Assembly: GCF_004010195.1 (NCBI RefSeq)
Contig: NC_057718.1
Span: 59,268,485 to 59,332,484, forward strand
Origin: Chiloscyllium plagiosum
Lineage: Eukaryota
Length of the DNA stretch: 64,000 nt
Reading direction: 5' to 3'
In this document: piece by piece, positions 1 through 13,033 of the stretch
How the letters are laid out: each line of letters begins with the position of its first letter
How positions within the stretch are numbered: the stretch's first letter is position 1
Made by a program: the position numbers and the translations under genes
The notes under the pieces: generated by a model
What the model was told of the DNA's origin: nothing
Databases searched by the model: none
The model's input: the letters and a program-made list of their open reading frames with translations, nothing else

Positions 1-207
1 CCACCTATCGCATTTCCAACGCCCCTCCCCCAAGTCCCTCCTTCCTACCTTTTATCTTAGGCTGCTGGACACACTTTCCTCATTCCTGAAGAAGGGCTCA
101 TGCCCGAAACGTCGATTCTCCTGCTCCTTGGATGCTGCCTGACCTGCGCTTTTCCAGCAACACATTTTCAGCTCTGATCTCTAGCATCTGCAGTCCTCAC
201 TTTCTCT
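1..207 (+). mobile_element. 3' end of a Penelope-like element, truncated by the window edge; contains an HHR motif
   Basis: Near-identical to the reverse complement of 38935-39110, which is attached to a PLE ORF. Confidence 0.85.
82..117 (+). ncRNA. Minimal type I hammerhead ribozyme motif
   Basis: CTGAAGA (86-92), extra A, stem II GGGC-TCAT-GCCC, GAAA (106-109), C-GTC; short imperfect stem I (attc/gatt). Confidence 0.7.
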
Positions 208-1729
208 CCATTCCTAAATGTCAACTCTAGAGTTCAAGACGCGAATCTTTGTTGTTCCACCTTCCTAACATCATCTGCAGGCAAAAGGTGAGAATTGACT
301 CTGATTCTCTGTTGTATCATTTCACCCCATGATTGCTTACTGAAGAAAAATAACTGAATGAAATATTTTCGATGATGTACTCTGTTCCTTGTCATCTCTT
401 GAGGAAAGTCTCATTTTACACAACTGAAATACATGTTGTCATGATGTTGCATTCTATGGACTATTAATCTTTAATTCCGTCAGCTGATTTATTACCCAGA
501 ACATTTGCATGGCATCTTAAATGAGCCAAGTCACTCTGCTTTAAAATGGCTGCAATAGCCATCTGACATAAAAGCTGCAAGGATTACAAAGAATTTCAAA
601 ATGGACGCCTAAACAACATTTAAGGAACTGGTTTGCATTAAAATGTTGGAACTGACAATAAACAAGAGAAATGTCCAGAGACTAAAGGAACCTTACCAAA
701 ATCCTTTAGGTATTAAACAGTTAAGAGGGCCTCACCATTTTGATGGCATCTTGATAGCTTTGATAATGAAAGATTGAAGCTCCTTTGCTAATATGGGTTT
801 TATCCATGATGTTCTAAGAGTCAGCTATCAAATAATCAAAACTCTTCCCTTGTGAAACGCTATAGTTAAAAATTTGTGTGTGGACTACAGAAGGCAATAA
901 CATTAAGACAACCTCCACGTGGGATAGAGAGCAGATGTCTGTTTCAGCATATTTGTGTTAAAAAGCTCTGAACATGTCACTATTACAAGTTGGAAAACAT
1001 CACAGGGATAGAGAATTAAACCACGTAAGAGGAATTTCAAGTATCACAGCACCCACTCTGGAAAAGGAATGATTGCAGTTTAAAAGAGACTATCGTTAGA
1101 TGACCGACTGGCTTGGCTGCCTCCCCAGCAAGTTCAAGACTAACAGCACAACATACTTATTATGGACTTTAACTTATTACTAATTCTACCTCACTTCACA
1201 TTCTGATTTCTGTTTGCTTTCATGTCTATATGCGTCTATGTTGTGGGATTCAGGATAGACTTCACCATTTAGTAATATTTATACTTCCAAACAAGTGACT
1301 TTTTTCAAAAAAAGAAACAAACTATTTGCTAATTCAAGAGACCGAGTCGGTTTGTTTCTTCATAGCTTCACAAATGGTCAAATATGTATTGAATTGAAAA
1401 AAAAATTAATAATTCAAACTGTTACACCAAACTTAGGAGTAAAGAGACAAGAATTTATTCACAACTTTACATATGTGACTTTCATCTTTACTGACTGGGC
1501 TGAATTCTGCCAGAACTAATTATCTGCCAACTTTAAGTGATTTGCAGATGACACACACTGTTAATTTTATATTAATTGGTGTTTAAATGTATACAAGTAG
1601 TTGAATTAACTGGAGATTAACCTGTTCCTTTAAAAAAAGAGGTATAAACTGGTTGTTTATTCTAAGAGATACAGGAATACAGGCCAACATTGTGATTGTG
1701 TGTATGTATAAAGATCAATTTTTTTTTAT

Positions 1730-2610
1730 TGTGAACTTAAATGGGAAAAGAACTTTTTTAACACCATGCCAAGAATTGCTAGACTTGTAAAAAAATTACT
1801 GGATCTCATTGTTAAGTTTGACAGCAATGGTGGAGAAGGGAAAAAAACAGCACAGAGCTGGGGTGGGTGCGCAGGGTAAGATTTGGCCAACAGCAGTTTG
1901 CTGATTAGTTTGTGCTAATTTTGACTAGTTGTGGATGCCAGAGGTCATCAGTCTGACAACAACTCTCTGATTGGCCCCTGGGTGACTGAACAGCTGGTGC
2001 CTGTGAGCGATACAGAAGCAGGTCTCCAGACCGGAACAATCAGTCTGTCAATTCTCTGCAGCAATGTAACCCAAGCCTGGAGACAGTCAGTTATTTTCTC
2101 CCACCAATTGCTATAAGCTGTTGCCTTGAAGCAGTAACTGAGACTCTTTACAATTAGAATACAAATCATGCTGTGCATCTTGTGAAGAATTGAAAGAATC
2201 CAGAAAGGTGATTGGAAAGGTCTTGGGAAGGAAGAACAACCAGCTCACCAACACATGTGAACTGATGCTCTTGAACTAAGATTCCCCTGTGTATTTTCCT
2301 TCACCCAAACCCCTTTCCTTTTGATTGGGTATGTGTGTAGGGATTTGAAAAGCAAAGTTAGAATTAGATATTTAACTATTAATTTATTGATAGTTCATAC
2401 TATTGTTTATCTGTAACCAGAAACTGCCTGTTTATATCAAACAATAGTTCTTCTTAAGTAAGGAGCCCAGTCAGTGGTTCCTGTTATCCTGATTCCATCA
2501 GACAGGTAATTTGGTGATTTTACATACTTTGATTAAATCTTAACTTTTGTGATGACACTGAGAATAGTAGGGATCAGGTGTCAGCGGAGTTTCCTAAGTG
2601 GGTCCATGCA
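1730..2610 (+). repeat. Putative old solo-LTR-like repeat
   Basis: Overall layout and 3' portion loosely resemble 33820-34600; no coding motif. Confidence 0.3.
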
Positions 2611-3640
2611 GGTAAAGTGCAAATCTGCAACTAAATGTTTATAAAAGTTATAAACATTTGCTCCAATTCTAACTTTCACATAAAAGATCCTCGAACATAC
2701 TAAATTTGGTGTGTGCTGTCTTCTCATTTGTTTCTATTTTAGATCGCCAGCATCTGCTGCACAGATGCCCATGAACTAACTTCCTTTCTATCGATTGTGC
2801 CTTGGAGTGTTCCTGCATCTCTTGGCAGATCTTGGAATGGCTCTACAGTCCCTAATGCCTCCCTGCTATGCTCTGGAATTATCATCTCAGGAAAGTAGCT
2901 GAATGGTATTCCTGCCTCTCAGTACAAACTGCCGTTTATTGTTAATCCACCATCTAAACTAGTTAGTCACCAGAAATTAAGAAGATTTGGCCCTGTCCTC
3001 AGTTGGGTCGGTTACAAGACATTGCCTGATGCCATCCTCTTGACTGAAAGCCTTTGATCATTCTGACCTGCATCAAATTTGCCATTCTATTCTTAAAGTC
3101 ATCTCTCAAAAATATGGGTCTGATTTTAATCTGCAAGACAGATAAGGGGAGTCAGGAAAATTTCAAGCTTTGTGCAACTACCTCAGAGGTCTAATCTTCT
3201 ATCTAAGGTTGAGGGTGAGCTGACACAGGAAACAAAATGTTTGGACACAGTCACAGGGGCTGCTGGCTGTTAGGAGGAGAGCTGGTTAAAAGGCCAGCAT
3301 TGATGCTGTTGGACTTCATCACAACTACAATAAAACAAAACTGCAGTCCTCACAGCCCCACCGCAGTATGTTGATTGTGCAGCCTCTTTCCCATCAGAAG
3401 TGCATCGGGAGCCAGAGCAATATAGAATAAGAACTCAGCAGTGCTAGGTTGATATAATTCTTCTCCCATAATGCCGTTACCATTCTCACTCACCTTTCAG
3501 CCTCGCTGTTAGGTGTGGATATCTCTCATAGGGACATGCCCATTGGATTTTGTGACCTACATGAAGCCTTCTTAGGCAAATTGTGGATCATTATCTGAAT
3601 GTCCAGGTTTGGAACTCCACAAGACAACAGTTTCAGATGT

Positions 3641-3741
3641 ATTCTGGATTAGTGGTGCTGGAAGAGCACAGCAGTTCAGGCAGCATCCGAGGAGCAGTAA
3701 AATCGACGTTACGGGCAAAAGCCTTTAATCAGGAATACAGG
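3641..3741 (-). mobile_element. Short PLE-derived element with a degraded HHR
   Basis: Reverse complement reads CTGATTA-AAGGCTTTTGCCC-GTAACGTC followed by the family tail gatgctgcctgaactgctgtgctcttccagca. Confidence 0.8.
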
Positions 3742-3769
3742 TGTATGACCATGCAGTCATTAGTCAACC

Positions 3770-4335
3770 GCTATCAGAAATGTCTTCTCTCTGAGTTCAA
3801 AAAGATCCATTGTCTGATATTCCCACAATCTGAATGGATATTAAGATATCCCTGACATTGGATAGCATGCATGCTGCATTTGGAAGTGTTTTTCTTCCAA
3901 TGATTTTGAGAACCCTGGTCACCAAACAGAATTTTGTGCTCTGGCAAGATACTTGCTGACATTTATATGACACTGGTGTAACTTCTGAGGTGTATCAATT
4001 CTCAGCAGGCTACATATGACCAATCTGCCAGCATAGAACAGCAAATCATCCTGAGATGTCTTCATTGCTTGAAATATTGTTCCAGAATAGGATAACATGA
4101 AATATATTCTGGTCATCCTTTGATGACGTACTCATAGATTTAAGCATATTTTTCGTCATATTTTCATGCCCTTTTACTCACATGTAAACATGATGTTGTT
4201 GCTCTCAAATATCTGATCATCAATGAGGTACAAGTCTCTATAGCTTTGGCAAACTTTATGTTACCTTGTTCAGATTTTGCTATAGAACTGTGTGATAATG
4301 TACCCAATCTTATTTGTATCTTTTCTCCCCCTTGG
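3770..4335 (-). pseudogene. Decayed Gypsy pol, integrase Zn-binding region
   Basis: ORF 3919-4116 DDLLFYAGRLVICSLLRIDTPQKLHQCHINVSKYLARAQNSVW(*PG) resembles the Gypsy R.VIP..LR..IL..LH.GH.G..K...RA..SVWWPG motif; MDLF follows downstream. Confidence 0.75.
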
Positions 4336-4337
4336 AC

Positions 4338-5335
4338 ATAGAGTCATACAGCATGGAAACAGGCCCTTCAGTCTAATCAGTCCATGTCAACCATAATCCC
4401 AAACTAAACCAGTCCCACCTGCCTGTGCTAGGCCCATATCCCTCCAAACATTTCTTATTCATGTACTAATCCAAATGTCTTTTAAATGTTGTATCTGTAC
4501 TCTCATCCACTACTTCCTCCGGCAGTTTGTTCCACACACAAGCCATACTCTGTCAAAAGAATTGCCCCTCATGTCTTTTTAAAAATATTACTCCTTTCCC
4601 CTTAAAAATATGCCCCTTATTCTTGAACTCTCCTGCAATAGGTAGAAGATCCTTGCTATTCAGCTCTTCATGATTTTATAAACCTTTATTCGGTCACCCC
4701 TCAACCTCCTATGCTCCAGTGAAAAAGTCCCAGCATCTCCTTGCCACTCAAATCCTCCATTTTGGACAACATCCTGGAAAATCTCTTCTGAAGCCTTTCC
4801 AGCTTAATAATATCCTTCCTGTAACAGGGTGACCAGAACTGGACACAGTACTACAGAAAAGGCTCTCAAATGTCCTGTACAACCTCAACATCCCAACTGC
4901 TATACTCAAAGGTCTGAGCAATGAAGACAAGCATATTAAACACCTTCTTAATCAACCTGTCTACATGTGCTGCAAACTTCAAAGAATTATGCATCTGAAC
5001 CCCTATGTCTCTCCATTCTACAATGCTGCCAAGGCCCTATTTTTAATTGTATAAGCCCTATCCTTGTTTGTTTTACCAAAATGCAGTACATCACATTTAA
5101 CTAAATTAACCTCTATTTGCCACTCTCAGCCCATTGACCCAATTGATCAAGAAGTCTTTGTACTCTAAGGTAAGCTTCTTCACCATCTACTATACCACCA
5201 ATATGGTGTCATCTGCAAACGTACTAACCATGCCTTCTATAATCTCATCTAAATAATTTATTATAAATGACAAAAGAGGACCTAGCACCAAACTCTGTGA
5301 AACACCAATGGTCACAAACCTCCAGTCCAAAAATT
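4338..5335 (-). mobile_element. CR1/HER1 LINE 3' fragment
   Basis: Reverse-strand CR1 RT C-terminus (VQFWSP-type) and a 3' tail resembling the HE1 SINE tail. Confidence 0.9.
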
Positions 5336-5359
5336 CATATTCATATTCAAATCAAATAT

Positions 5360-5520
5360 TATCCATCTCCAATTACATTTCTGCACTCTTGGTGGCATCT
5401 TTACTAACTCTTTTGCACTTAATAGATCATTGTTTTCTCTACATTGTTGCTTGTGGCCTGTCTCAGTTGCGAGCAGAAAATCTGAGACATGGTTTACAAA
5501 TTATTCACAAGCCTAAGTAG
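5360..5520 (-). pseudogene. Gypsy RNase H C-terminal remnant, continuing the 3770-4335 element across the CR1 insertion
   Basis: Minus strand reads LLSAKELVKMPPRVQK, similar to the Gypsy RNase H tail L..K.L..MPPR.QR. Confidence 0.55.
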
Positions 5521-6024
5521 AAGTTAATGGCTCTTTTTCAACAACTATTTATGTGTGCTTTGGTTCAACAAATCAAACCCAATGACAAATCTGTTAATTT
5601 TTACCATATTTTCCTAATTCACTCACTGTTGCCCTCATTATTCAGGGCCCAGTAAAATTCCATTCTCTGTGTTCAAAACACTGTAGTAAAGGTAAGTTGT
5701 TCTCCATTGCATGTTTTTTACTGTAACAAAGCTCCAAGTGCTTTTTGAATCATTGGTCATTGTTTTCTCTACATTGTTGCTCTTTGTCATGCTCTCTTTT
5801 TACACACTGATGCCATCTGTTACCATTCACTCTGATTGCCATTTGGTTGTGTCTGGAATTGACATTGCTATAGGCTTGCTTGTCAGTAAACCTTAATTAT
5901 TATTGTGCATTGTCTTCTAATGAGAAACAGGACAAAAGACTACTTGATAGAACTATCTCTCAGCCGTTCTACCAGGTATGAGGTCTTATATCACTGATTA
6001 TTCACACATTAATGTTAACCCTCT

Positions 6025-6737
6025 GCAGTCTGGGGAGTGTTGCTGAACAAAGAGTCCTTGGAGTGCAGGTTCATAGTTCCTTGAATGTAGAGTCACAGGT
6101 AGATAGGATAATGAAGAAGGTGTTTGGTATGCATTCCTTTATTGTTCAGAGCATTGAGTGTAGGAGGTCATGTTGTAGCAGTACAGGACATTGGTTAGTC
6201 CACTTTTGGAATATTGTGTGCAATTCTGGTCTCCCTCCTAGCGGAAAGATGTGAAACTTGAATGAGTTCAGAAAAACATTTACAAGAATGTTGCCAGGGG
6301 TGGAGGATTTGAGCTACAGGGAGAGGTTGAATAGGCTGCTGCTGTTTTCCCTGGAGTGTCAGAGACTGAAGGGTGACCTTTTAGAGGTTTATAAAATCAT
6401 GGGGCACATGGATAGGGTAAATAGACAAGGTCTTTTCCCTGGGTTGGGAGAGTCCAGAACTTTGGGGCATAGATTTAGGATGGGAGGGGAAAAATTTAAA
6501 AGGGATCTAAGAGGCGACTTTTTCACGCAGAGGGTGGGGCGTGTAAGGAATGAGCTGCCAGAGGAAGTGGTGGAGGCTGGTACACTTACAACATTTAAAA
6601 GGCATCTAGATGGGAAGCGTTAAGAGGGATATGGGCGAAGTGCTGGCAAATGGGACTAGATTAGGTTAGAATATCTGGTCGGCTTGGACAAATTGGACTG
6701 AAGGGTCTGTTTCTGTGCTGTACATGTCTGTAATTCT
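6025..6737 (+). mobile_element. CR1/HER1 LINE 3' fragment
   Basis: ORF 6258-6623 FTRMLPG..LSYRERL..RLKGDLLEVYKIM..FFTQRV; HE1-like 3' tail. Confidence 0.95.
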
Positions 6738-6769
6738 ACTTGAAGGTGTCATAAAGGATTGCATTGGTC

Positions 6770-7505
6770 AGCAATGACTCCACATAAAATATTTTCTCTC
6801 CTAGAATGTATGCATTAGCTGTTAGAGCTAGTGTGGTTGGGGAAAAGCTGATGAGATGTACTGAATTAATGAGATGGAAGCACAGTGTCCATGCTGGGTT
6901 GGTAGAGTTGGGAAGGGGGATTTGCAGTAGCTGGGAGGTGATCACAACAGCAAGAAAATAGTATGGGTTAATCGACATTGGTACTTTGCCTGGCAGGGCA
7001 GAGAGGATAACTGACATTCTTACGGCATTGTTGTGTATTCGTCCAGACCATGGAGACTAGGCTTACCCAGGTGGCAACCTCAGACAAAGCTGGCCTGGTC
7101 TGATGGCATATTCTCCTTTGGCAGAATACTTGGAAGATGGCAGCACTCTGCTATATCATTCTGTCCACCAGGACCTCCTATCTGCAAAGTTGGGCACCAA
7201 TTTTCCCTTGTTTGTCATGGCAGAAAGAAAATTCCTTCAATTGTGCAGAGCAGCTCTGAATTGCCAGTGTTTGGCTGGGTGCAACACAACATTTTCAATA
7301 TGTAACTGGTGCCAGGCAAACCAGTCTATTGGGGGATATTTGGACAGTTGTGATCTCAAGTTGGAGAATTCGGCTAGCATTGGATGAGGGGACACCATAG
7401 GGGTATAGTGGATAGTTGATGAAGCGCGTTTGGTATGACAGCCTCATGGAGTAAACCCATCCAAGAAAAATAACAGATCGTCAAAATGTGGTAAAATTCA
7501 GCCCA
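6770..7505 (-). mobile_element. PIF/Harbinger remnant with a Myb/SANT-like gene start
   Basis: 7160-7218 (-) reads MTNKGKLVPNFADR..VLVDR, homologous to 59368-59431; ends at a TIR-like gtaaaattcagccc near 7491-7504. Confidence 0.5.
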
Positions 7506-9349
7506 TAGTATTATTAAGTATTGAGGGTGAAAATCACTTTGCAAACCTTGCTTTTAAATAACATAGTAATTATTTTAGCTGTTATGACTATTTTAATCTA
7601 AGTAACACTGAGAGGGATGGATCTTTGAGCAATAATGTGAAATTAGTGATATCAAGTGGGACCTTATGCTGTCCTCTATCATAAGTTTGGCAGTGGGGAG
7701 CAACAGGTGACACTATCATCTTCCACCTTCTCCCCCTGATCATGTCTGAAGTGGGGATGGGTTAGTGGGAAGGACCATTGTTGACAGTCAGCCTTCCCTG
7801 ACATGTTTGCTTGTGGCTCCCAGGGGGAGAAAGCCTCTTTCAGAATTTGAGAGCCAATCCCCCAATCCTCCTCCCAACTCACTCTCTGTCACTTTCCCAG
7901 GAACTTCTACCAACCCTTGCTCACTTGTGCCATAGTCATTCTCCTTGATCTGAGGCTTTGGATAGGTGTCATTCTTCTAGCAGCCACAGCCTCACCAGTG
8001 GCACTGCAGAGTACAGAAAAGCTGCCATCCTCTTATTGGGCAGCAACTACACAGAGCTGGGTCATCCATCCTGGAGTCCATGAAAGACACACACACTGTC
8101 GGCCAGTCAAGTACCAGAGTGGCACAGAATGCAGTGAATTGATGAGAAAACATGACACACAGCTCGTCAGTCCTGCAGCTAGCAGGCAAGCCTCCCACCG
8201 TCTCAACAAGACACTCCCATGTCTCCATTGACTAACATGGACTTTGCAACGAACTATGCTACAATAGGCTGTACCAGGATAAGTAGGGAATTTCTTTGAA
8301 CTGGAGAATGGCAATTTCTTTTAAACTGTTTAGTGGATAATTACTTTATTACGATCAACACATCTTTAGAAGGCAGAAGCAGCAGATTCCCCAGCTCATC
8401 ATTGTTGGAGTATTTTACACCCATTTTCTAAGGTTATAGCACTGTTATCTATAGCTGACCCTGTGAATGAGATAACACAATTGTAATAATTAGGCAAGCC
8501 ACCTTAGGAAATCATCAGTGACCCACCCAAATCCAAGCACATATGGTTTCAAGCAGATAATGAGCCAGTTAATGTGATATGTCCAGACCTAATGGATACC
8601 GGATCTGGATGGCAAGAATCTTTAATTTGCCAGGTTTTTAAATGATAACTTTTTTGCAACGTATACATGAGCTCTGTTACTTCAACACTGATAACGAGGT
8701 CAAAGTATTAGCAATCTTAATGTTTCAGAACAAGAAAAAGGAGGTGAAAGCTGACACCACTTAAAATGTTAACATTCAAGGAATAGAAATTTAAAGCTAT
8801 CCCAGGTATGAAAAGATGAGAACAAGAAGTATCTAAATGCCACAAAAAAATCATTTTTATATAACAAGCTATTCACTTCTAGATTGTGATTTCAGAATTC
8901 AGGACAGAGAGAGCTATTTCCAAGGTAGATTCCAGAATATCAATTTTTACCCACGAGTAGACATTGTTTTATGCTTTTATTGTACAGAATACAATTCTTG
9001 GCATTCATTTGATTTTGAATATTGTTCTTGATATTTGAGAAACATCAACAAGTACAGGTTATCTCAAAAAGGCTGTACATTGCAAATTGTTTTGAAATGG
9101 CTTCCACTTTGGGGGTCCTGTTCTTAAAAAGAAGCAACATTAATATTCTTCATTGAAATAGCAATAGCATACGCATGTGAATTTTTGTGTTTACTTCTCT
9201 CTATTACTGTTAAACACAAAATATATTAAGATAACATTTAACATGCTGGGTGAAATCTGTGTAGCTAGCATAATGGTTTGATTCAATTGTTAATAACTGC
9301 ATTTATGGGAACTTGAAACCTGAAAGAAAAGCTGTTTTATTTTGTTCTC

Positions 9350-9800
9350 TATAAGACTATAAAAAACAGAAACAGGAGAAGGCTATTTGGCTGCCTCAAT
9401 ACTGCTCCATCATTACAATCCAAAGATGTGCAGGTCAGGTGAATTGGCCATGCTAAATTGTCCATAGTGTTAGGTGCATTAGTCAGAGGGAAATGGGTCT
9501 GGGTGGGTTACTCTCCGGAGGGTCGGTGTGGACTGGTTGGGCCGAAGGGCCTGTTTCCACATTGTAGGGAATCTAATCTAATCTAATCATAAACAGGGTC
9601 ATGGTTGATTCAACACACCTCATGTCAATTTTCCTGTACTCTCCCCATAATCCTTGATTCCCCAATTGATTAAGAATCTATCTAATTCAGCCTTAAATAA
9701 CACAGGGAATCTGCCTTCACATCTTTCTATGGCAAGGAGTTCTAAAGATTCACAATCCTCTAAAAAAAATTCCTCCTCATCTCAGTCTTAAATTGCTTGC
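9350..9800 (-). mobile_element. Old CR1-type LINE 3' tail interrupted by a SINE
   Basis: Resembles the reverse complement of the CR1 3' UTR at 37400-37640. Confidence 0.65.
9415..9588 (+). mobile_element. HE1-type V-SINE, 5'-truncated
   Basis: V-domain tccaaagatgtgcagg..gaattggccatgctaaattg, HER1-like tail and (aatct)n end. Confidence 0.9.
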
Positions 9801-10477
9801 ATTAGAACATTTTATTAAACGTACATACTATACTTTTCATCAGCACCTATATTAATTGAATTAAGGGAGTCTGGTTTAATAGGCATCCATTTAGAAATGA
9901 GGCCTCGAGACTTTAAAAATCTTAAGCATAACTCTACAATATGAGAAGGTGAGGAAAATAAAAAAAGACTAGGAGATCACTGCCCATGTTGCAATCTCTG
10001 GGATGCATCATTAAGAAATTGCAGCAAGTCATCATGTGCAGGTGTTCACAACAGAGTTGTGCTTCCTTAACAAACTATACTTCATCAGCAATATTAAATA
10101 ACGTAAGCTCAGCTTTACAACTGACTAATCCTCAGTGGAGAAATCATTACTTTCATTATTCTGTTTTCTGTCCATTTTAATTATTGTGATTTTTTATTAG
10201 CCTTCTCTTACTGCTCTGTATAAAACATTTTATGTTTATTGATTTATATCGATCCAACTCGTTCAAATATGTTTCACATTTTGGACTACATTTTCACAAT
10301 CCAAGGTGGATAGAGTAACTGTGGAAACATGAGGAAATCAGGATAAGAGGTTTATCGGCATGATCAGAGGAACAGGAGTAAGCCGATCATCTTCTCCAGC
10401 TTGTTCTGGCAGTTCATTAGATCACAGCTAATCTCAGGCCTGACGTTTTTCTAGGTCTTGTGTTGCCTTAACTTAAA

Positions 10478-10765
10478 GTCATAGAGATGTACAGTACAGA
10501 AACACATCTTTCAGTCCAACTCGCCCATGCTGACCAGATATCCTAAATTAATCAAGTCCCATTCACCAGCATTTGGCTGATACCCCGTTAAACCTTTCCT
10601 ATTCATATACCCATCCAGATACCTTTTAAACGTTGGAATTGTACTAGCCTCCACCACTTCCTCTGGCAGCTCATTCCATACACACACCACCCTCTACATG
10701 AAAAAGTTGCCCCTTAATTTCCTTATGAATCGTTCCCCTCTCTTTAAATCCTCTTTCCAACATTT
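10478..10765 (-). mobile_element. CR1/HER1 3' end
   Basis: Reverse complement of sequence similar to 6480-6737. Confidence 0.85.
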
Positions 10766-11683
10766 CCTATGATTCAGTATCTGTTAGTCTATGGGGGTGC
10801 AAATTGACATTCTCACACCCCTGCATGAAAATGTGCTCCCTAGTTTGATTTCTGAAAGGTACATCTGATGTTTAATTGTCTTTTCCCACTTGGATAGAAT
10901 TTTACACAAAATTACGTCTGTCTGTCTCCCCCACCCACCACTTCAACCCTGCTGGCTTAAAAATACAGAGGGGAGTCCACCTCTGCTTTGCCAATCTGAC
11001 CCACACGAATTTTCTTGCTATATAACCATTAATAGGCTCAGGGTGAGATTTCTGCCACCGTAAGGGGGAAGTGCCCACCCTCTGAAAGCTGCAGGTCACA
11101 TGACATGAGCCAGCAGCTGCCTAAAGCTGGCATCACCTTTGGGAACAAGGGCTACTATTGGGATTCATGGGGAACATGAGGAACCATGGGGCTGCTGAGT
11201 CAGATAAATCCTCGGTTTCTGCTTGGTTGGCAGACCCCAATAAAGGTGGGAGTTGCCATCAGGAGGAACATGTAACTTGAGAAGTTAGCAGTGGTGGGTA
11301 GAAGACCTGGTATAATGCTGGTGAAGTTGTGCTGAACTACGTTAAGGCCAATGTACCCCCCTAGACATCTGATGTCAAAAACTGAACACAAAGTAGGATA
11401 TGACCAAATACAACCGAAGGAGCTCTTTCTCCTCTTTGCTATCCAGCCTCTACTGGATAAAGGACATGAATCCAATAGTATTTTTTGATTATATTTTTAA
11501 ATATTCTGTAAGTTTTGGAGGTTGGTGAATATGGTCATCAGGAATCCTTTGCTCCTCCAGAATTTCTAGCCTGTCACATTTATAATATTGTTTTGTGATT
11601 GGTTCGGCTTGGATTAAAAATAGATCACCTCACCTTTCTCTACACTAAGTTACATTTGCAATAATTGTGCCCAACATGTAATC

Positions 11684-11807
11684 CTGATGAAGGGCTTTTG
11701 CCCGAAACTTCGATTTTCCTGCTTCTCGGATGCTGCCTGACCTGCTGTGCTTTTCCAGCACCACTCTAATTTTGACTCTGATCTCCAGCATCTGCAGTCC
11801 TCACTTA
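11684..11807 (+). mobile_element. Short PLE-derived HHR element with a 16-bp TSD
   Basis: Starts at CTGATGA-A-GGGCTTTTGCCC-GAAA-CTTC; flanked by tgcccaacatgtaatc (11668-11683) and tgcccaatgtgtaatc (11808-11823). Confidence 0.85.
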
Positions 11808-13033
11808 TGCCCAATGTGTAATCTGCCTGCCATCCTTTGTAACTTAGTGCTTCACTGTACAGTGTCCCTTAATTGAGTACTATTTGCAAACTTTTACTTG
11901 GAACTTTCTATTCTTCATCTGAATCGTTGACATATATACAGTCCGAACCGATCGGCCTAGATCTCAGGGAACACCATTTATCGCATCCTGTCTAATAATA
12001 TATTTTTGCCTTTATCCTGCTCACAATCCCTATTAGAGATCCTATTGGTAGCTTGGCCTGCAGATTTAATGAGACCAATGGAAGAAACCAAGTATGGAGA
12101 CATGATGATATTGAGACAATAGTTTGAAGCTCCATCCAACCCTCCTTGGGGCAATTGCCAAAAAATGTAGCTCATTATCTAATGGCATACTTAAATGAAT
12201 CATCCTCATTTAAGTAACAAAATCATTGTCAGAACCTGTAAACACACAATAAATTCTCTCACAAATCCTGATATGAAAAATATTTGACCTAAATAAAGGA
12301 GAATCAAGTGCTGTGGCCTGAGGATTAAGGCCTCAAAAGAAACATTGAAAATAATTAAAAAGACAGAAAAGACTAACAATATCATGGAAGTAATCATTTA
12401 GCTATTGTGGTTTATTTCCCTTTTAAGTTAATAATGTGGTCTGCAGTTAGGTTTACGACTGCAACTGCTGCCAAATGGTTGTGTATTCCTGTTCCAGATG
12501 AATGCCCACAGCACTTGGTCTTGCACATCAGGTTTCTGCAGCTCATTTGGTGTAGCCATTTGAGTTATTTTTCATGACGGTAAAAGCCATTGTCAGATAT
12601 AATAGAAAAATGTTGGCATCTTGTTTTCACAGATCCTGTAGAGTTTGTTATTTCTCATTATTCCCGAAGAATTCTACAGTTCAGCAGACTTACAACAAGA
12701 TGGAGAAAATCAGAGTCCTTGTTACAATCCAAGGTCAATTGATTTTATATTTCAACTCTTGGACAGTGTTTACTGGCATATAAAAGTTAACAGTTAAAAG
12801 CCATATAGAAGTTTTCTACAAGTGAAATAATATTTGAGACAATGACATCTGAAGTAATTAGAACACCAACAATGTCGGAAATATGTTTTTAGATTAGCTT
12901 TTCACATTAATTCATGAACAAGGTTACCTTGACGGTTTTGATAGCAATTGAAAATATTTGGATCAATTTAAGTGAATGGATTAAATTGCATTTTCACGTG
13001 GATAAATATAAACACTTTTTTGAGATTTTTGAA

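Noticed and set aside
12480..12535. Micro-exon (ttcctgttccag..catcag/gtttct)
   Set aside because: Weak donor site and no recognisable peptide.
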